DNA from: Macrostomum lignano
Lineage: Eukaryota
Reading direction: 5' to 3'
Length of the DNA: 37,871 nt
Assembly (NCBI GenBank): GCA_002269645.1
Contig: NIVC01002231.1
Location: 1-37,871, forward strand
Positions 33,254 to 37,871 of the stretch are shown one piece after another (the stretch's first letter is position 1; each line of letters opens with the position of its first letter). The position numbers were made by a program, and so were the translations under genes. A model generated the notes under the pieces. It searched no databases and was not told the DNA's origin. It saw only the letters and a program-made list of their open reading frames with translations.

Positions 33254-35025
33254 TCATTCTTTCAACCGTACAAAGGCGAATAGAGTTGATAGTCGCAGCG
33301 GCAGTAGTCGGTTTTTGAGTAAAGATTTCAGCTGCTTAGCGTCTCCAGAGTAGCGAATTTCGTTTCCAAAAGTCGGTGGGCGTTCATCAACTGTAGCAAT
33401 GTGCATCAGTTGGGCAGACTCGGGAGCGTCGTGAGTCGTCCATCCAATCTGCGGCTGTTGATTCCATCCTGGGTGGGACGTTTCAGGGTCCTGAGCAGTG
33501 ATGGCGCGTATCGTGGATATTGTTGTTGCGCAAATCTCGGAGGTTGTCGTTGATTGTTGGTGCCGTTGTATCGAGGCGGATAGCGTTGCTGAGGCCGGTT
33601 TCCATAGTCTTGACGGGGTGGAAATCGTGATTGTTGTGTCGCCGGTGGACCGTAGCCTTGTGTACGTTGGGCTCGTAGTCGGCACTGGTTAATAGAGTGT
33701 CCTGGTTTTCGGCAATAGTTACAGGTCAATCGTGGCGGTCCCTGCTGGTAACGATTTCGCGGGGCATCAGAGCCGTATTGGGCTGTGTTCCTTCGATCAC
33801 TTGAGTTAGGTCGGAAGGACGAGGTTGTTGGTCATTCCTTCGACGACAGTCGGCGGCATAGTGTCCAGGTCGACCGCAATGATAACAAGTGGGCTTCTGT
33901 TGCATATTAGCGATAGGTGGCTTGGTTTGTGTTTGCAGGGAGGCAACCACCTGCTGATTGGCTTCCTTCGTCGTTTTTTCTAAGGTAGTTAGACGCTCTG
34001 TGAGAGCTTTCAAGTCAGTGCCATCAGAGTCCATGGTGGAGTCGCGGATTTGTTCGGCGCGGATGGCCTTGTTGATTAGCGTACTTTCCGTGGTGATATT
34101 TTGCTTCAAGAGTTCTCGTTTGATGTAGGGTAGAGCATTGTTGATAGTCGTAGCCATCAGGGTAGCAAGGAAGTCTCGGTTGCGCTGGTCGATGACAGCT
34201 TGGTTCGCGGTGGTGTTTCCGGACCGGCACCTTCCGGAAATTCTTCCGGTATTTCCGGCATAGCTGACGCTGAGCTTTCGACGAATATCGGTGAAATAAG
34301 ACAGGAACGGTTCGCCGTACTGTTGTTTCCGGGTTGTTGCATTATGCAGCGTTAGAGCCGAGCCAATGGTTACTTCCCGAAGGCGTTGAGACAGTGCCTC
34401 AATGGTGGCTGGATAAGAGGCTTGGACTGCGGCAGAGAGGCGACTGTATTCGAGTTTAAGAAGGTCATTCAGTAGTCGCGGAAGAGCCGAATCTTTGCGT
34501 TCTCCGATAGTCCAAAGGAGCGTGTGATCAAGTCGAACTCTTCAGTGAAGGAGCGGAAGTCATGCATTTGGTCGATTCCTTTCAGGGATTGACGAATTTC
34601 AGCAAGAGCAGTAGCTGAGACGGGATGGTTTGATTGCAATTGCAGACTGCGGTTCATAACGTCAGTAAGTTCACGGACAGCATTTGTCGCTGCAGCATCA
34701 ACATGGGGAGCGCCGTCCTGATCAGCCATATCTAGAGTAGATTCTTCAGCAATATCGTTTGGGGCTGGTTGAACTGTTTCGTCCGCGTCTGTTAGGATGG
34801 AGCTGGGTGCTGGTGAGTGTGCACGGTTGTGTTCAAAATGATCCGCGAGAGGGTTATTAAACTCAACGTTATTTGGTATAAACAGGTTAGGTACTGGTGA
34901 ACTATTCGTGGGAGCTGTTCACCTATTTGGCAGTCAGAAGTTTCTAAATTTTGTTCAGGGGGTCTGTTAATATTTGAGCTTTGAAAAACTGGTCCGGAAC
35001 GTAAATCTCGGACAGGTGTGGTCAT
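33254..35025 (-). CDS. gag: Gag (frameshifted in this sequence)
   Basis: Start MTTPVRDLRSG; MHR-like RKQQYGEPFLSYF; CCHC knuckles CYHCGRPGHYAADC and CNYCRKPGHSINQC. Confidence 0.85.
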
Positions 35026-35412
35026 TAACAAGAATTCAATCAATAATTTCAAGGCAACGATAGCACAAAAGTGTAACTAATAGCAAAGTAGAGTGTCAAA
35101 TTCAAAGTGAGCAAACGGCAATGGCTTTCAGGGTTGCGGTTGGCGGACTGGCTGGGGAAGGGAGAAAAAGAGAGACTGTGTAATTTTTTAACTGTGATCT
35201 GCGACGAGCTTTGAAAATCGAAGTAATTTTGAATTGAACTGCCTTTTGATTGGTTCTGAAACTTTGAATTTTGAAATTTTGAACTCGGAAATCTTGAATT
35301 GAACTGCCGTTTGATCGGTTCTGAAACTTTGAAACTGAATTTGATAAAGGAGCTCCTGAATGTTGGACTAGACGGACATCAGTGGTGGCCAATAAAATCG
35401 AATTTGTATCAT

Positions 35413-35480
35413 TGAAGTCGGCAGTTTTCTTTTTCTTGAAGTCGGCAGTTTATTCTTTTCATGAATTCGGCAGTTTTCTT
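35413..35480. repeat. Three ~24-bp direct repeats (TGAAGTCGGCAGTTTTCT) in the 5' leader of the element
   Basis: Copies at 35413, 35437 and 35462. Confidence 0.7.
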
Positions 35481-36295
35481 CTGAGAACTCGTTCTGGCTT
35501 TTGAATTTCGAATCTGAATTTTTTTTGAGCTATCTGACGAGTTTCAGCTAGGGGGGTTGATTTCATAATTTTAAGCAAACGTAGAGAAATGTTTTTGTAG
35601 TTTTAAATTTGCTATTTTTAATTTTTTGAAAATTTTATAATTTTTATTGATCGGACTGATCATTTTGTAACTTTAACATGATAAGAGCAGTACGGGTTGT
35701 ACGAAATGAACTATAAGCAATGGTATTGTTTTTTGTGTTTTCAAGTTTTATTATTTTTTTGCGATCTAATGATCATTTTGAGTTTGTCGCAGGCTACGAA
35801 AATACTATGTGAATAGTCTAGCATAGATGAAGCGAAGAAGAGTAAATGGAGACGTGCGTTTTTTGAGGTTTTAAATTTTTTATATTTTTTGTCGATCAAA
35901 TGATCATTTTCAAAGTAGTGTTTACACCATGCAGTTTAAAGTAACAGAAGGTGAGCTGGAAATGAGACTACGATCAAAAGACAATGAGAGAGTATAGTAT
36001 ATTTACAGGGCCCAAGGGGGCTGATGCTGAGGCGATAGAAATTGCGGCTTATGGGGGGGGAATCACTCAGGGCGACCACCGTATGCGGAGGCGAGAAGTT
36101 TGGGGCAAGGAGAGTCGCTAACGTCAAAACAGGGGTCGTCGGTAAAGTCGGGGTGGCCAACTATATGTTCCCGGTGGAACCGAGGGAGGGTGAGGAAATG
36201 AGCTTCAATGGCCTGACCTCTAGAACTGCCGCGATGGCGCGTCCAGGTCGACCAGAAGTGGTAGCGGAGTTGGTAAGAGGCAAGGTGGAACAGGC

Positions 36296-36850
36296 TTAAG
36301 GGTGAGTCGGAAACGGGGGAACAAAGCTCTGGAGCAATAGTTCGTGGCGTTCACACTCCTCGTCATCAATTTTGCGACAGTATATTCGGCGGAGATCTTT
36401 GTAGCGAAGAGGAACGCCGGTATGAAAATCAACGCAACGCAGAGCGCGGAAGAGTAGCTCGAAGTCCTGGCCTCGGAGGGCTATATCGACGATTGCGGAC
36501 TTAAAAGCTCCTTGCAGGGGCGGCAGATGGAGGCCTTCGAGATGGAATAGCATATTGTCTATCTGCCCCGGGATGTGGCATTGGAGGCAGTCATAAATGT
36601 GGGTCAGGTAGGAATCAGTAATGGTGAGGACAAACTTGGTTACGGACCAGGGCGTCCATTACAACTGAAGAGATCGTGAAACAGGGAATCCGGGATTGCG
36701 GGCTACGGAGAGGAAAGGGCGAGAGATAGGAGGGGTGATAGTAAATGAAACTGCGGCGATGTTGGCAATAATACGTCTGACACTGGCAATCAAATAGACG
36801 GGGGCAGTAAGGGATGCGGCTTCAGCGTAGATACGTGCGAAAGTAGTCAT
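36296..36850 (-). pseudogene. Orphan ~184-codon ORF upstream of gag, broken by one in-frame TAA (36659-36661)
   Basis: ORFs 36659-36850 and 36296-36553 share a frame, and the intervening sequence has no further stop. Confidence 0.35.
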
Positions 36851-37871
36851 GTTGAAATTATAATAAGTGAATTAAAGTACTTTAATTTAATTTACAGTGT
36901 TACCAAGTTGCTGGAACGGTAGAGACTGGATGTGAAGAGTGTCGTTCTTGCAGTTGGCTTCGGTAGTACTGGAGAGGAGATTAACTCAAGAGTGCAGGAT
37001 TCTGTCAATCTATAGTGCTGCAAAAGTGCTAGTATAATAGTGCTGTTGATGGCGAATTCTGAAGGGAGTTGGGAACGGAGTTTGCGGCGTCCTCATTGGT
37101 TGGTTAGGGGGATTCCAAGCCATGCCTGGGAGACGGGCGGTTATATTGGTGAAACTGAAGGGGACGGGTAAGGCTTGCTACTCCTTCGCGACTCCGCTAC
37201 TTCAAACACTCCCGGACGACGATTGCTCGACTATATTATTAGGCTATGCAAGCTCAACTCGAAAGGACGAGGAAGACGGCAGATCAATGGTGGTGGCTCT
37301 GTCGGCGGTTGTGGGAGCTCGAATTGCTGCTGGAGGACGGCTGGCCCCGCGACACGAAGCGGGTGCTCGGCGGGGTTCGCGACTCCTGTCAGCGTTCAGG
37401 CGGCTAGTCACACCCGTCCGTAAGTGGTGTGAGCGCCGCCTCGAATGGTGGCAGGAGCTCCAGCATGTGGAAGAAGAGATTGTCGCAGGACGCCGTTGGG
37501 TAATTTTATCTTAGTTTAATGTAATTGAAGGGGCTAACCGACTGAAGGTAGGGGTAATCTTGAATTTAATTTTTTGTAATTTTGTATAGTTTTTGTAGAT
37601 ATGCTAACACAATTGAATTGCTTATTAGTGTACATATATTTATATTGTTATTGTTGCGATTACCCTTTTGTACGTGTGAATGTTTTTGTAAAAAAATACA
37701 TAACTAACCTGTTTAACTATTTGAATTGATAAAGGCTGCTCAGGTTAGAGGGGGGGCTATGGTAGGGCTCAATCTTGACAAAGCAAAGGATGGATAGCGT
37801 AAAAAGTAGTTTTCGTAAAAACGGGAACAAGATGGTTAACAAAATAAGTAGGGCAAAAGCTGTATGGGGCA

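Larger units (their letters stand above)
26311..35025 (-). mobile_element. Ty3/Gypsy-type retroelement coding core with order gag-env-PR-RT-RH-IN; element probably extends beyond both ends
   Basis: All domain motifs present in this order on one strand; 15 same-direction one-base frame breaks and no stop on the reconstructed path. Confidence 0.9.

Noticed and set aside
26880-34919. Programmed -1 frameshifting or RNA editing at all 15 breaks
   Set aside because: No shared slippery heptamer; breaks fall inside conserved domains and the same defect occurs in a host gene. Sequence error is more parsimonious.
37122-37514. 130-aa plus-strand ORF
   Set aside because: No motif, opposite strand to the element, and lies among CCAAT/promoter-like sequence.

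Overview
Eukaryotic (animal) genomic DNA, not prokaryotic: GT-AG introns, many minisatellites and GC3-rich host exons. A free-living flatworm such as Macrostomum is my guess (inference only). Host genes, all on the minus strand: (1) an ankyrin-repeat + Mab-21/cGAS-like nucleotidyltransferase (cGLR) gene, whose apparent frameshift is resolved by a 70-nt intron; (2) a secreted, cationic 13-aa-repeat multi-peptide precursor; (3) a 7-exon three-domain gelsolin/severin-like gene. Mobile DNA: a TIR element upstream of the cGLR gene, and a decayed Mag-type Ty3/Gypsy element (16814-22928) with a long tRNA-Ser-complementary PBS and two nested non-autonomous DNA transposons. The main finding is a second, large minus-strand Ty3/Gypsy element. 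In it a herpesvirus-gB-like (class III) envelope glycoprotein with a furin-bracketed mucin-like insert lies BETWEEN gag and pol. All 15 frame breaks from 35025 to 26311 go in the same direction (one base short) and the path contains no stop codon, so it reconstructs as one ~2,900-aa Gag-SP-Env-TM-PR-RT-RH-IN polyprotein. Orphan ORFs flank it. All calls were made by eye from motifs; no database searches were run.
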